The translations under genes were made by a program, and so were the position numbers. Below, one piece after another: positions 43,799-52,963 of a stretch of 64,000 nt of DNA. The notes beneath the pieces were generated by a model that saw nothing but the letters and a program-made list of their open reading frames with translations, ran no database searches and was not told the origin of the DNA. Each line of letters opens with the position of its first letter. Position 1 is the stretch's first letter. Source of the stretch: Elusimicrobia bacterium GWB2_63_22 (GTDB lineage: Bacteria > Elusimicrobiota > Elusimicrobia > Elusimicrobiales > UBA9959); the NCBI GenBank assembly GCA_001799735.1, contig MGUA01000008.1, positions 7,175 to 71,174 of the forward strand, in the 5' to 3' direction.

Positions 43799-44905
43799 AT
43801 GGCTCCCGCCACCATCCTGCGGCCCACGCGCGCCGAAATACGGCTTTCGGCCGTGCGGCGCAACCTGCAGAAACTTAAGAAAACAGCCGCCCCCGCGCGG
43901 CTGCTTTTCGTGGTAAAGGCCAACGCCTACGGCCATGGCGCCGTGGAGCTGGCCCGCCTGGCCGAGCGGGAAGGCCTGGTCTGGGGCTTCGGCGTCTCCT
44001 CCGTGGAGGAGGGCCTGGCCCTGCGGGGCGCGGGCGTGCTGGCGCCGGTGCTGGTGCTGGGGAGCCTCTATCCCTTTGAAAGCTTCGTCGAGGCCATCAA
44101 CGCGGACCTGATGGTTACCATCGCCAGCCTGGACGCCGCCAGGCAGGTGGCCGAAGCCGCGCGCCGGCTGGGCAAAAAAGCCGTCTGCCACATCAAGCTC
44201 GAGACCGGCATGGGCCGCATCGGCGCCCGCCGGCCTTCCGTCCTTAAAATTTACGACGAACTTTCTTCCTCCGGAGCCGTCTCGGTGGCGGGACTCTACA
44301 CCCACCTGTCCAGCGCCGATTCCGACCCGGAGTATACGGGCCAGCAGCTGGCTTTCTTCAGCGAAACCTCGGCGGAGCTGGAGCTGCGCGGCGCGCGCGG
44401 CCTGGCGCTGCACGCCGCCAATTCCTGCGCCGCGGTGAAATACCCGGTCAGCCGGCTGGACATGGTGCGCTGCGGCATAGCCGCCTACGGGCTGGCCGAG
44501 GGCTTCGAGCCGGCGCTGGCGCTGAAGACGAAAATAATTTTCATCAAGAACGTGCGCGAAGGCGCCTATGTGAGCTACGATAAATCTTTCCGCGCCGACC
44601 GCGGCATGAAGATCGCCACCATCCCCGCCGGCTACGGCGACGGCTACCTGCGGCGCTTCTCCAACAAGGCCGACGTGCTGATAGGCGGCCGGCGCTGCCG
44701 CGTGCTGGGCAACGTTACCATGGACATGACCATGGTGGACGTCACCGGCGTGAAGGACGCCTCCGTCGGGTCCGAGGCCGTGCTGCTGGGCCGGCAGGGC
44801 GACGAGGAGATAACTGCGGCCGAGCTGGCCGACCTCGCCGGCACCATCACCTACGAGATCGTCACGCTGATCACCTCCCGGGTGCCGAGGGTGTACCTGG
44901 AATGA
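43799..44905 (+). CDS. alr: Alanine racemase
   Basis: VVKANAYGHG PLP-lysine motif, with a C-terminal beta domain. Confidence 0.9.
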   Translation: MAPATILRPTRAEIRLSAVRRNLQKLKKTAAPARLLFVVKANAYGHGAVELARLAEREGLVWGFGVSSVEEGLALRGAGVLAPVLVLGSLYPFESFVEAINADLMVTIASLDAARQVAEAARRLGKKAVCHIKLETGMGRIGARRPSVLKIYDELSSSGAVSVAGLYTHLSSADSDPEYTGQQLAFFSETSAELELRGARGLALHAANSCAAVKYPVSRLDMVRCGIAAYGLAEGFEPALALKTKIIFIKNVREGAYVSYDKSFRADRGMKIATIPAGYGDGYLRRFSNKADVLIGGRRCRVLGNVTMDMTMVDVTGVKDASVGSEAVLLGRQGDEEITAAELADLAGTITYEIVTLITSRVPRVYLE

Positions 44906-45690
44906 AACACTATATAACCGAGCACATAGGCCACGAGTTCATCGGCCTTACCGAGGCCCTGGGCGCCTCGGCGCTCATGCTCAAGTCCGTGGTCTTCTGG
45001 TTCTTCCGCTCCCGGTTCGAGCTTTCCGAAACCATCAAGCAGTGCGTCAAGATCGGCGTGGATTCCGTCACCGTTACGGTGCTGACCAGCTTTTTTACCG
45101 GCATGGTGCTGGCCCTGCAGATGGGCCACTCGATGCGCAACCTCTTCAGCGAGCCGATGTACATCGGCACCATGGTGGCCTTCACGATGCTCAAGGAACT
45201 GGGCCCGGTGCTGACCTCCGTGGTGGTGGCCGGCCGCGCCGGCGCCGTGGTGACCGCCGAGATCGGCACCATGCGGGTGACCGAGCAGATAGACGCGCTC
45301 TACACGCTGGGCACCAACCCCACGCGCCACCTGCTGGTGCCGCGCTACATCGCCTTCATGATCATGCTGCCGCTCTTGACCGTGCTGGCTGATTTTCTGG
45401 GCGTGGCCGGCGGCTGCCTGGTCGGCGTGGTAAAACTGGACATCTCCCCGGCGGTCTACTTTGACGACATCCTGACCTATCTCGACATCGCGGATTTCAT
45501 GCACGGCTTCCTGAAGACCTTCTTCTTCGCCTTCATGATAGCCACGGTCTCGTGCTATAAAGGCATGAGCACTAAGGGCGGGGCCGAAGGCGTGGGCAAG
45601 TCCACCACCGAGGCCGTGGTGGCCAGCATGGTGCTGGTGATGGTGCTGGACTACTTTATCAGCGCGCTGCTGGTGGCGGTGGGCATATGA
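44902..45690 (+). CDS. mlaE: MlaE-family ABC transporter permease
   Basis: About 260 aa with 5-6 TM helices and an EIGTMRVTEQIDAL motif. Confidence 0.85.
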   Translation: MKHYITEHIGHEFIGLTEALGASALMLKSVVFWFFRSRFELSETIKQCVKIGVDSVTVTVLTSFFTGMVLALQMGHSMRNLFSEPMYIGTMVAFTMLKELGPVLTSVVVAGRAGAVVTAEIGTMRVTEQIDALYTLGTNPTRHLLVPRYIAFMIMLPLLTVLADFLGVAGGCLVGVVKLDISPAVYFDDILTYLDIADFMHGFLKTFFFAFMIATVSCYKGMSTKGGAEGVGKSTTEAVVASMVLVMVLDYFISALLVAVGI

Positions 45691-46427
45691 TAGAGATAAA
45701 GGATCTCAGCAAGGCTTTCGGCGAGAAATGCATCTTCGACGGCGTCTCCGTGGATATAAAGGAGGGGGAACTGTTCAGCGTGATCGGCCCCTCCGGCATC
45801 GGCAAGAGCACCTTCATTAAATGCCTGATCCGGCTGCTCAAGCCGGACAGCGGCAGCATCCTGGTGGACGGCCAGGACATCGCCGTCACCAACAACGAAT
45901 TTACCCTGGCCAAGGTGCGCCGCAGTTTCGGCTACCTGTTCCAGGAGGGGGCGCTGTTCGACTCCCTGACGGTGATGGAGAACGTGGCTTTCGGCTTGAA
46001 ATACCTGACGGACGTGCCCAAGGCCGACTACCCGCGCATAGTCAAAGAGAAGCTGGCGCTGGTGGGGCTCAAGGACGTGGAGCAGCTTAAGCCTTCCGAA
46101 TTGTCGGTCGGTATGAAGAAGCGCGTGTCGCTGGCGCGGTCCATAGCGGCCGAGCCGAAGTACATGCTCTACGACGAGCCCACCACCGGCCTGGACCCGG
46201 TGACTACCGGCATGGTAAAAGAACTCATCACGGACATGCGCGACAAACTGGGCATCACCTCGGTGGTGGTCACCCACGACCTTAGCCTGGCGCTGGAGAT
46301 CTCCAGCCGGGTGGCCATGCTCTACGACGGCAAGTTCGCCGAAGTGGCCGAACCGGCCAAGTTCCGCCAGTCCGAAAACCCCGCCGTCAAAGAATTCATG
46401 GAAATCTCCCACCTCTCCCGCAAATAA
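45687..46427 (+). CDS. mlaF: MlaF-family ABC transporter ATP-binding protein
   Basis: Walker A GPSGIGKST, signature LSVGMKKRV, Walker B MLYDEPT. Confidence 0.88.
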   Translation: MIEIKDLSKAFGEKCIFDGVSVDIKEGELFSVIGPSGIGKSTFIKCLIRLLKPDSGSILVDGQDIAVTNNEFTLAKVRRSFGYLFQEGALFDSLTVMENVAFGLKYLTDVPKADYPRIVKEKLALVGLKDVEQLKPSELSVGMKKRVSLARSIAAEPKYMLYDEPTTGLDPVTTGMVKELITDMRDKLGITSVVVTHDLSLALEISSRVAMLYDGKFAEVAEPAKFRQSENPAVKEFMEISHLSRK

Positions 46428-46429
46428 TT

Positions 46430-46543
46430 GGGGTCAGGTCTTGAATCTTGACATTTTCGGCCAGTTTAAAGCTGACGGGTGTTGGCGGCAAAAAACAGTC
46501 TTTGCTCCGCCCTGCCAAATGTCAAGATTCAAGACCTGACCCC
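46430..46543. repeat. REP doublet (REPIN-like): two inverted 27-28-nt copies separated by 59 nt
   Basis: GGGGTCAGGTCTTGAATCTTGACATTTT at 46430-46457; its reverse complement at 46517-46543. Confidence 0.8.
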
Positions 46544-46684
46544 AGACCCCATTCGCCCCAATCTCCTCAATAAAGCCGCTAGGTTCCCCTGTCGGCCATT
46601 TTTTGCAGGCTGTAGAACCCGACATGCGGTTGTCGGGGGGATCTCTTACAATATAGGGGATAGTTTTGCAAAGAGGGGGGGATT

Positions 46685-47533
46685 ATGGCCAGGCCATTAC
46701 GCATAGAGTACCCGGGTGCTCTATATCACGTCACGTCTCGCGGCAACAGGCGGGCACAGGTCTTCATTGACGACGAGGACCGCAGTAAGTTCCTGAGTAT
46801 CCTTGCCGACGTCAATCGCCGCTTCGAGACGCACTGTCACGCTTACTGCCTGATGGGGAATCATTATCATCTAGTGCTGGAGACGCCCCGCGGCAATCTT
46901 TCCGCGGCGATGCGGCAGTTGAACGGGGTTTATACACAGAAGTACAACTGGCTGCACAACAAGGTCGGGCATGTGTTCCAAGGGCGGTACAAGGCGATAA
47001 TCATAGAGCGGGACGCGCACCTGCTGGAAGCCGCGCGCTACGTGGTGCTCAATCCGGTAAGGGCGGGTATCGCCCGTGGGCCGGAAGATTGGCCTTGGAG
47101 CAGCTATTTGGCTACCGCCGGGTTGGCTGAGCCCGAACCTTGCCTGGACACGAGGTGGCTGCTGGGGCAATTCGGCCAGGAACCGACTGACGCAACGAAA
47201 AGATACGTCGATTTTGTCCTCGAGGCCACAGATATCGACCTCGAGACCCAGATAGTCTCGGGTATGGTGCTGGGAAGTGAAGAATTCGCTGCCTGGTGCA
47301 GACAGCAGGCGCTGGACTCCGGTAACATGCGTGAAGTTCCCAAGGCGCAGAGGTTTGCCGGAAGGCCTGACCTTGCCAATATACTGAACGGCCCAGGCAG
47401 AAAGGTCTGGAAGGTGTTCGAAGCTGTGGAAACCCACGGCTATTCCCAGAAAGCCGTGGCTGACGTGCTCGGGGTTCATTACTCGGCGGTCAGCAAGCTG
47501 CTGTCCCGCAAAATGTCAAGATTCAAGACCTGA
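46685..47533 (+). CDS. REP-associated tyrosine transposase (IS200-like Y1 HUH) with C-terminal DnaA-C-like HTH
   Basis: YHVTSRGN, AYCLMGNHYHLVLE (HUH), GHVFQGRYKA (catalytic Tyr), and a C-terminal YSQKAVADVLGVHYSAVSKLLSR. Confidence 0.85.
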   Translation: MARPLRIEYPGALYHVTSRGNRRAQVFIDDEDRSKFLSILADVNRRFETHCHAYCLMGNHYHLVLETPRGNLSAAMRQLNGVYTQKYNWLHNKVGHVFQGRYKAIIIERDAHLLEAARYVVLNPVRAGIARGPEDWPWSSYLATAGLAEPEPCLDTRWLLGQFGQEPTDATKRYVDFVLEATDIDLETQIVSGMVLGSEEFAAWCRQQALDSGNMREVPKAQRFAGRPDLANILNGPGRKVWKVFEAVETHGYSQKAVADVLGVHYSAVSKLLSRKMSRFKT

Positions 47534-47537
47534 CCCC
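47510..47537. repeat. Third REP copy; encodes the last residues and stop of the RAYT
   Basis: AAAATGTCAAGATTCAAGACCTGACCCC, identical to the reverse complement of the copy at 46430. Confidence 0.85.
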
Positions 47538-47604
47538 ATCCACTTTTTATATAATGGATATCGTATATAGATATCATTCGGCCGAAGCCCTGTAAAAGGA
47601 TGTC

Positions 47605-48897
47605 ATGAACGGCGAGATGAAAGTAGGCGTATTCGTACTGGTGTGTTCCGTGCTTTTCGGGACCGCCGTTTTTCTGCTGGGCGATTATTCCTTCCAGAAG
47701 TTCTACCCCATTTACGCGGAATTCTCCGACGTGGCCGGCCTGCCCGACAAGTCCACCGTAAAACTTTCCGGCGTCGAAGTCGGCAAGATAAAAGAGATCT
47801 ACCTTAAGAACGACAAGGTCGTGGTAGAGGTGGCCGTGCGCGAGGGCGTGAAGATTTACAGGGACGCCCGCTTCCTGGTGGGCTCCACCAGCATGATCGG
47901 CTCCAAGTTCCTGCAGGTGGACCAGGGTACGCCCGCCGCCGGGGTTATAGAGGCCGGCTCCACCGTAAAGGGCGACGACGCCCTGCCGCTCGACCGCGCG
48001 CTCGGCCGCGCCGTGAGCAGCCTGCAGAAGATGGTGGAGGATATCAACGGGCAGGGCCGCCTGGCCCGGGACCTCAACGAGGTGATGACTAACCTGCGCG
48101 AGATCACCGCCAACGTCAACGACCTGGTCTCCAATAGCCAGCCCCACGCGGAGAAAGTGGTGGAGCGCCTGGATTCCATCACCGCCAAGCTCGACGCCAT
48201 GCTGGACAAGACCGACGCTATCGTGGACAAGGTCAACCGCGGCGAGGGCGTGGCCGGCGCGCTGGTCTCGGACCAGAAGATGAAAGCCGACGTTACCGAG
48301 GCGGTCAGCAACATCCGCGACGCCAGCGTTTCCGTCAAGGAAGCCCTGGGCCGGGTGGGCGGCTTCCGCACCTACCTGAAATGGGACTACAAGTACGAGC
48401 CGGCCGCCAAGGCCTCCAAGAGCAATTTGGGCGTCAGGATCTATCCCCGCCCGGGCCGCTACTACTACCTCGGCGGGGCCAACATGATAAACGTAAAGGA
48501 CGCCACGCACGGCACCGACTACGAGACGCTCAACACCATAGACGCCCAGCTGGGCTGGGAGCGGGGCGGGTTTGATTTCTACGCCGGCGTGCTGCACGGC
48601 GCGAGCGGCGCGGGCCTGCGCTGGCGCCCGTTCCTGAATTCCCGGTGGGACCGGCTGGCCCTGTTCGTGGAGGGCTCCGAATTCTCGCGCAACAGGCGCA
48701 TAAAGGGCCGCTCGTTCAACGACCCGCGCTACGACGTGGGCGTGGATGTGACGCTTAATAAATATGTGTCCGCCGGCATGCGGCTTAACGATATGGCGGA
48801 AACCAAACGGGTCAATTACACCACGCGGGTGCTGTTCGAAGACAAGGACATAGCGTACCTGTTCGGCTTCGCCACGCTGGGGTCCATGGCCAAGTGA
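47605..48897 (+). CDS. mlaD: MlaD/MCE-domain protein with long C-terminal extension (430 aa)
   Basis: N-terminal TM helix, MCE core FSDVAGLPDKSTVKLSGVEVGKI, a coiled segment, then a beta-rich C-terminal region. Confidence 0.8.
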   Translation: MNGEMKVGVFVLVCSVLFGTAVFLLGDYSFQKFYPIYAEFSDVAGLPDKSTVKLSGVEVGKIKEIYLKNDKVVVEVAVREGVKIYRDARFLVGSTSMIGSKFLQVDQGTPAAGVIEAGSTVKGDDALPLDRALGRAVSSLQKMVEDINGQGRLARDLNEVMTNLREITANVNDLVSNSQPHAEKVVERLDSITAKLDAMLDKTDAIVDKVNRGEGVAGALVSDQKMKADVTEAVSNIRDASVSVKEALGRVGGFRTYLKWDYKYEPAAKASKSNLGVRIYPRPGRYYYLGGANMINVKDATHGTDYETLNTIDAQLGWERGGFDFYAGVLHGASGAGLRWRPFLNSRWDRLALFVEGSEFSRNRRIKGRSFNDPRYDVGVDVTLNKYVSAGMRLNDMAETKRVNYTTRVLFEDKDIAYLFGFATLGSMAK

Positions 48898-48898
48898 T

Positions 48899-50311
48899 AT
48901 GAAGCTAAAGACCATTTACCGTTGCCAGGAATGCGGCCAGGCCACCCCCAAGTGGGCCGGCAAATGCCCGTCCTGCGGCGGTTGGAACACGCTGGTGGAG
49001 GAGGCCGAAGAGGTGCTCACCAAGGCGTCGGCCAAGAGCCGCGGTCTTACCGATTTTTCCGAACCCCCGGTGAAGCTGTCCGAGGCGCGGGCCATGAAGG
49101 TGGAGCACGCCTCTACCGGCATCTCCGAGCTGGACCGCGCGCTGGGCGGCGGGCTGGTGAAGGGCCAGGTGGTGCTGCTGGCGGGCCCGCCCGGCATAGG
49201 CAAGAGCACGCTGACGCTGGAGAGCTGCGCGGCGCTCGCCTCCGGCGCCTTCAAGGCCGGCAAGGTCCTTTACGTTTCCGGAGAGGAATCGCTGGCGCAG
49301 GTGGGCTCGCGGGCCGAGCGCCTGGGCGCCAGGCCCGACAACGTATACCTGATGTCGGAGACCAACCTGGCGCGCATCATAGAGGAGTTCCGCAATTTAA
49401 AGCCCGCTTTCCTGGTGATAGACTCCATCCAGACCGTCTACCACCCGGACTTCGTGGGCAGCCCCGGCTCCGTGGGGCAGATCCGCGAATGCGCCTCCGA
49501 GCTGCTTAAGACCGTAAAATCCGCCGGCGTGCCGCTGTTCCTGCTGGGCCACGTCACCAAGGAGGGCTCGCTGGCCGGCCCCAAGGTGCTGGAGCACATA
49601 GTGGACACCGTGCTCTATTTCGACGCCGAGAAGAACAACGCTTTCCGCGTTCTGCGCCCGCACAAGAACCGCTTCGGCGCCGTGGATGAGACGGGTATTT
49701 TTGAGATGACCTCCAAGGGCCTGCGCCCCGTGGACGACGCCGGCCTGCTGCTGGCCGAGACCGACCGCGACCGGCCGCTGGCGGGCCGCGCTTTCGCCGT
49801 GGCCTTCGAGGGTGCCCGGCCCATGCTGGCCGAGATCCAGGCGCTGGCGTCCCGCTCCTACCTGCCGTACCCGCGCCGCACCGTCACCGGCATAGACCTC
49901 AACCGCGCGCAGATGCTTATCGCCGCGCTGGAAAAGAACGTGGGACTGCGCTTCGACGAGATGGACGTGTTTGTGTCGCTGGCCGGCGGCATAAAGCTCA
50001 AGGACCCGGCGCTGGACCTGGCCTTCTGCGCCGCGCTGATCAGCTCCGCCAAGGACATCCCCCTGCCGCCCGACTGCGTCTTCCTGGGCGAGGTGGGGAT
50101 ACTGGCCCAGTCCGCGAGCCCCGGCTTCATGGACCGCCGCCTGGCCGAGGCCGAGCGCCTGGGCTTTAAAACCGTTTTCGTTCCGCGCCAGCCTAAGAAG
50201 GACGAGGGGCGCTTTAAAGGCCTCCGGCTGGAAGTGGTGCGCGACATGGGCGCGCTGTACGCCGCCCTCATGAGATTGACCCCCGCGAAAGCGGGGACTA
50301 AGAAGGAATAA
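48899..50311 (+). CDS. radA: DNA repair protein RadA
   Basis: CQECG....KW.G.CP.C..WN zinc finger, Walker A GPPGIGKST, KNRFG, and a Lon-like C-terminal domain. Confidence 0.95.
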   Translation: MKLKTIYRCQECGQATPKWAGKCPSCGGWNTLVEEAEEVLTKASAKSRGLTDFSEPPVKLSEARAMKVEHASTGISELDRALGGGLVKGQVVLLAGPPGIGKSTLTLESCAALASGAFKAGKVLYVSGEESLAQVGSRAERLGARPDNVYLMSETNLARIIEEFRNLKPAFLVIDSIQTVYHPDFVGSPGSVGQIRECASELLKTVKSAGVPLFLLGHVTKEGSLAGPKVLEHIVDTVLYFDAEKNNAFRVLRPHKNRFGAVDETGIFEMTSKGLRPVDDAGLLLAETDRDRPLAGRAFAVAFEGARPMLAEIQALASRSYLPYPRRTVTGIDLNRAQMLIAALEKNVGLRFDEMDVFVSLAGGIKLKDPALDLAFCAALISSAKDIPLPPDCVFLGEVGILAQSASPGFMDRRLAEAERLGFKTVFVPRQPKKDEGRFKGLRLEVVRDMGALYAALMRLTPAKAGTKKE

Positions 50312-50321
50312 GGAGCAACAC

Positions 50322-51329
50322 ATGATAGTATGGATCTTCAGGGCCGTGGCCTTAATCGGCACGCCTGTGCTAACCTGGCTGACCGTCTCCAAGGACCTTA
50401 AAGGGCTCGCCTTCGGCGCGCTGATAGGCCTGGTGATAATCGGCATAGAGTACGTCTTCGAGAACGTCAGCCTGTTCTCGCTCATCATCGGCATCATCGG
50501 CGCGGTGGTCGGCATCATCCTCTCCAAACTGCTGGACTACACCGTCTTCCAGATAGGCAACTCCAGCCTCAACGACGTCTGGGCTACCTACAACCCGGTG
50601 ATCCGTTACGCGCTGGCGCTGCTGGGCATGATAGTCAGCGTCAAAAAGATCCCCGAGATCGACGACCTGGACAAGAACATCCTCTCGCTCGGCCGCAAGG
50701 GCGGCAAGAACATGAAGGTGCTCGACATCTCGGCCATCGTGGACGGCCGCGTGCTGGACATCTGCGACACGCATTTCATCACCGGCGGCATGATTACCCC
50801 GCGCTTCGTGGTGCAGGAGCTGCACTCCCTGGCCGAAAGCAACGACCCGATCAACCGCGCCAAGGGCCGCCGCGGCCTGGACATCCTCGCCCGCCTGCAG
50901 GAATCGCGCGACATCCCGTTCCGCGTCCTGGACCGGGAGATAAAAGATACCAGCGACAACCAGATAAAGCTGGTGATCATAGCCAAAGAGCTCGGCGCCT
51001 CTATCATCACGACCGACTTCAACATCAACAAGCTGGCCGCGCTGGAGAACGTAACGGTGCTCAATGTCAACGACCTGACCATAGCCCTTAAGCCGGTGGT
51101 GCTGCCCGGCGAGGACATGAACGTGTTCGTGATGAAGGACGGCAAAGAGAAAGAGCAGGGCATCGGCTATCTCGACGACGGCACCATGATAGTCATCGAG
51201 GACGGCCGCGATTTTATAGGCAAAAAAGTGGACGCCGTGGTGCAGTCCATCCTGCAGACCTCGCAGGGCCGCATCATCTTCACCAGGGTCAAGGGGAAAG
51301 GCGCGGCGCAGGGGCCCAAGCAGCCTTAA
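50322..51329 (+). CDS. Membrane-anchored PIN/TRAM-domain protein (YacL-like)
   Basis: N-terminal TM helices, a PIN-like VLDISAIVDGR...D, and a C-terminal TRAM-like beta domain. Confidence 0.75.
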   Translation: MIVWIFRAVALIGTPVLTWLTVSKDLKGLAFGALIGLVIIGIEYVFENVSLFSLIIGIIGAVVGIILSKLLDYTVFQIGNSSLNDVWATYNPVIRYALALLGMIVSVKKIPEIDDLDKNILSLGRKGGKNMKVLDISAIVDGRVLDICDTHFITGGMITPRFVVQELHSLAESNDPINRAKGRRGLDILARLQESRDIPFRVLDREIKDTSDNQIKLVIIAKELGASIITTDFNINKLAALENVTVLNVNDLTIALKPVVLPGEDMNVFVMKDGKEKEQGIGYLDDGTMIVIEDGRDFIGKKVDAVVQSILQTSQGRIIFTRVKGKGAAQGPKQP

Positions 51330-51338
51330 GAGCGCCCT

Positions 51339-52529
51339 ATGCCCGGCAGGAAAGTTAAAACCGGCGGCGCCGAGGCCATAATACTGGCCGGCGGCTCGGG
51401 CGCGCGCATGGGCCGGGACAAGCAGTACCTGCTCCTGGCCGGCCGCCCGATGATAGAGCGGACCGTAGAAGCCTTCGCCGGCAGCGGGCTATTCGACAGC
51501 GTCATCCTGGCGCTCGGGCCGGAGAACCTGGCGAAGTACGGGCCGGGCTGGGAAGAGGCGGGGATAAAGACTGTTCCCGCCGGAGAAACCCGCACGGAAT
51601 CTCTCAGGAACGCTTTTAAACTGGTGGGCGCCGGCGCGGCGCTGGTGGCCGTGCACGACGGGGCCAGGCCCCTGGTTACCAGGGAGCTGATACAGGCCTG
51701 CCTCGCAAAGGCGGCCGAGGCCGGCGCTGCCGTGCCGGCCGTGCCGCTGAAGGATACGGTAAAGACAGTGGCGGCGGACGGTAAAGTTTTCGAGCGCACG
51801 CCCGCGCGCGCCTCGCTGCTGGCGGTGCAGACGCCGCAGTGCTACAGGCGCGAAGTGCTGGCCGCCATACTGGACGCGGCCGGCCGAGGCAAAGATTACA
51901 GCGACGAATCCCAGGTGCTCGAAGAGCTCGGGCTCAAGGCCGCGGTGGTGCCTTCAAACTACCGCAACATCAAGGTGACCACCCCGGAAGACCTGGTGAT
52001 AGCGGAGGCTTTTATGAAAGACGAAAAAACCATCAGCACGCGCGCCAAGATCCCCCTGGCCCGCGCCGGTTTCGGCTACGACATCCACCGCCTGGTGGAG
52101 GGGCGCCCGCTGATCCTGGGCGGCGTGAAGATAGAGCATGCCAAGGGCCTGCTCGGCCATTCCGACGGCGACGTGCTGCTGCACTCCATCTGCGACGCGC
52201 TGCTCGGCGCGATCTCCGCCGGGGAGATCGGCGTTTATTTTCCGCCCACGGACCTTACCCTCATGGGCATCTCCAGCATAGCTATAGCGGAGAAGACCAT
52301 AGAGATCCTCGCCTCCAAAAAAGCGCGCATCATTAACGTGGACGCCACCATAGTGGCGGAAGAGCCCAAGCTTAAGCCCCATTACGAGGCCATGCGCAGC
52401 TCCGTGGCCGCGATCCTCAAGATGGACAAGGCCGACGTCAGCATAAAGGCCAAGAGCCGCGAAGGCCTGGGCGACATCGGCCACGGCGAGGCCATGTCCT
52501 GCTACGCCGCGGTGAGCGTGCTTAAATGA
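51339..52529 (+). CDS. ispDF: Bifunctional IspD/IspF (MEP cytidylyltransferase / MEcPP synthase)
   Basis: N-half ILAGGSG.RMG..KQ, VHDGARP. C-half GYDIHRL, GHSDGDVLLH, the IspF signature. Confidence 0.9.
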   Translation: MPGRKVKTGGAEAIILAGGSGARMGRDKQYLLLAGRPMIERTVEAFAGSGLFDSVILALGPENLAKYGPGWEEAGIKTVPAGETRTESLRNAFKLVGAGAALVAVHDGARPLVTRELIQACLAKAAEAGAAVPAVPLKDTVKTVAADGKVFERTPARASLLAVQTPQCYRREVLAAILDAAGRGKDYSDESQVLEELGLKAAVVPSNYRNIKVTTPEDLVIAEAFMKDEKTISTRAKIPLARAGFGYDIHRLVEGRPLILGGVKIEHAKGLLGHSDGDVLLHSICDALLGAISAGEIGVYFPPTDLTLMGISSIAIAEKTIEILASKKARIINVDATIVAEEPKLKPHYEAMRSSVAAILKMDKADVSIKAKSREGLGDIGHGEAMSCYAAVSVLK

Positions 52530-52948
52530 TGAAATTCCCGGCGCGCCTGCTGCTGCCGCTCGCCGTGGCGCTGGCCGGCTGCGCGGTTCCCGAGGCCGCG
52601 CGCGGCCCCCAGGTGCAGGCGCCCTCGGGCCCCGGCGCCGCGATAACCTTTGAAAAACGCACTTTTAAGCTGGTGAGGATCCCGGACCCGGAGCTGGAGG
52701 CGGCCCTGGAGGGCCTGCTTACCGCCAGCTACGAGGAGGCGGTGAAGAACCACGCCGGCGACAACCCGATGGACATCGGCTTCACCTATTCCCTGGCCCC
52801 CAAAGGCGCCGTCTACCCGTTCTCCGAGATAGAGGTCTCCTGCATCCTGCAGGAAAAATACGCCCGGCGTAAAGGCCCCGAACTGTGCGGCTACTTCTTT
52901 ACGCAGCTGGACGGAAAAATCAGGAAGGCCGTGGCCGGCCGCCAATAG
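52526..52948 (+). CDS. Lipoprotein, hypothetical
   Basis: Lipobox LAGC. Overlaps the ispDF stop. Confidence 0.5.
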   Translation: MMKFPARLLLPLAVALAGCAVPEAARGPQVQAPSGPGAAITFEKRTFKLVRIPDPELEAALEGLLTASYEEAVKNHAGDNPMDIGFTYSLAPKGAVYPFSEIEVSCILQEKYARRKGPELCGYFFTQLDGKIRKAVAGRQ

Positions 52949-52963
52949 AGAGCGACACCGAAT

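Larger units (their letters stand above)
46430..47537 (+). mobile_element. RAYT gene with flanking REP copies, inserted between mlaF and mlaD
   Basis: A Y1/HUH transposase gene bracketed by three copies of the same 28-nt sequence. Confidence 0.7.

Noticed and set aside
51339-52529. IspD-IspF fusion as a novelty.
   Set aside because: Bifunctional IspDF is well known in several bacterial lineages, so this is ordinary.
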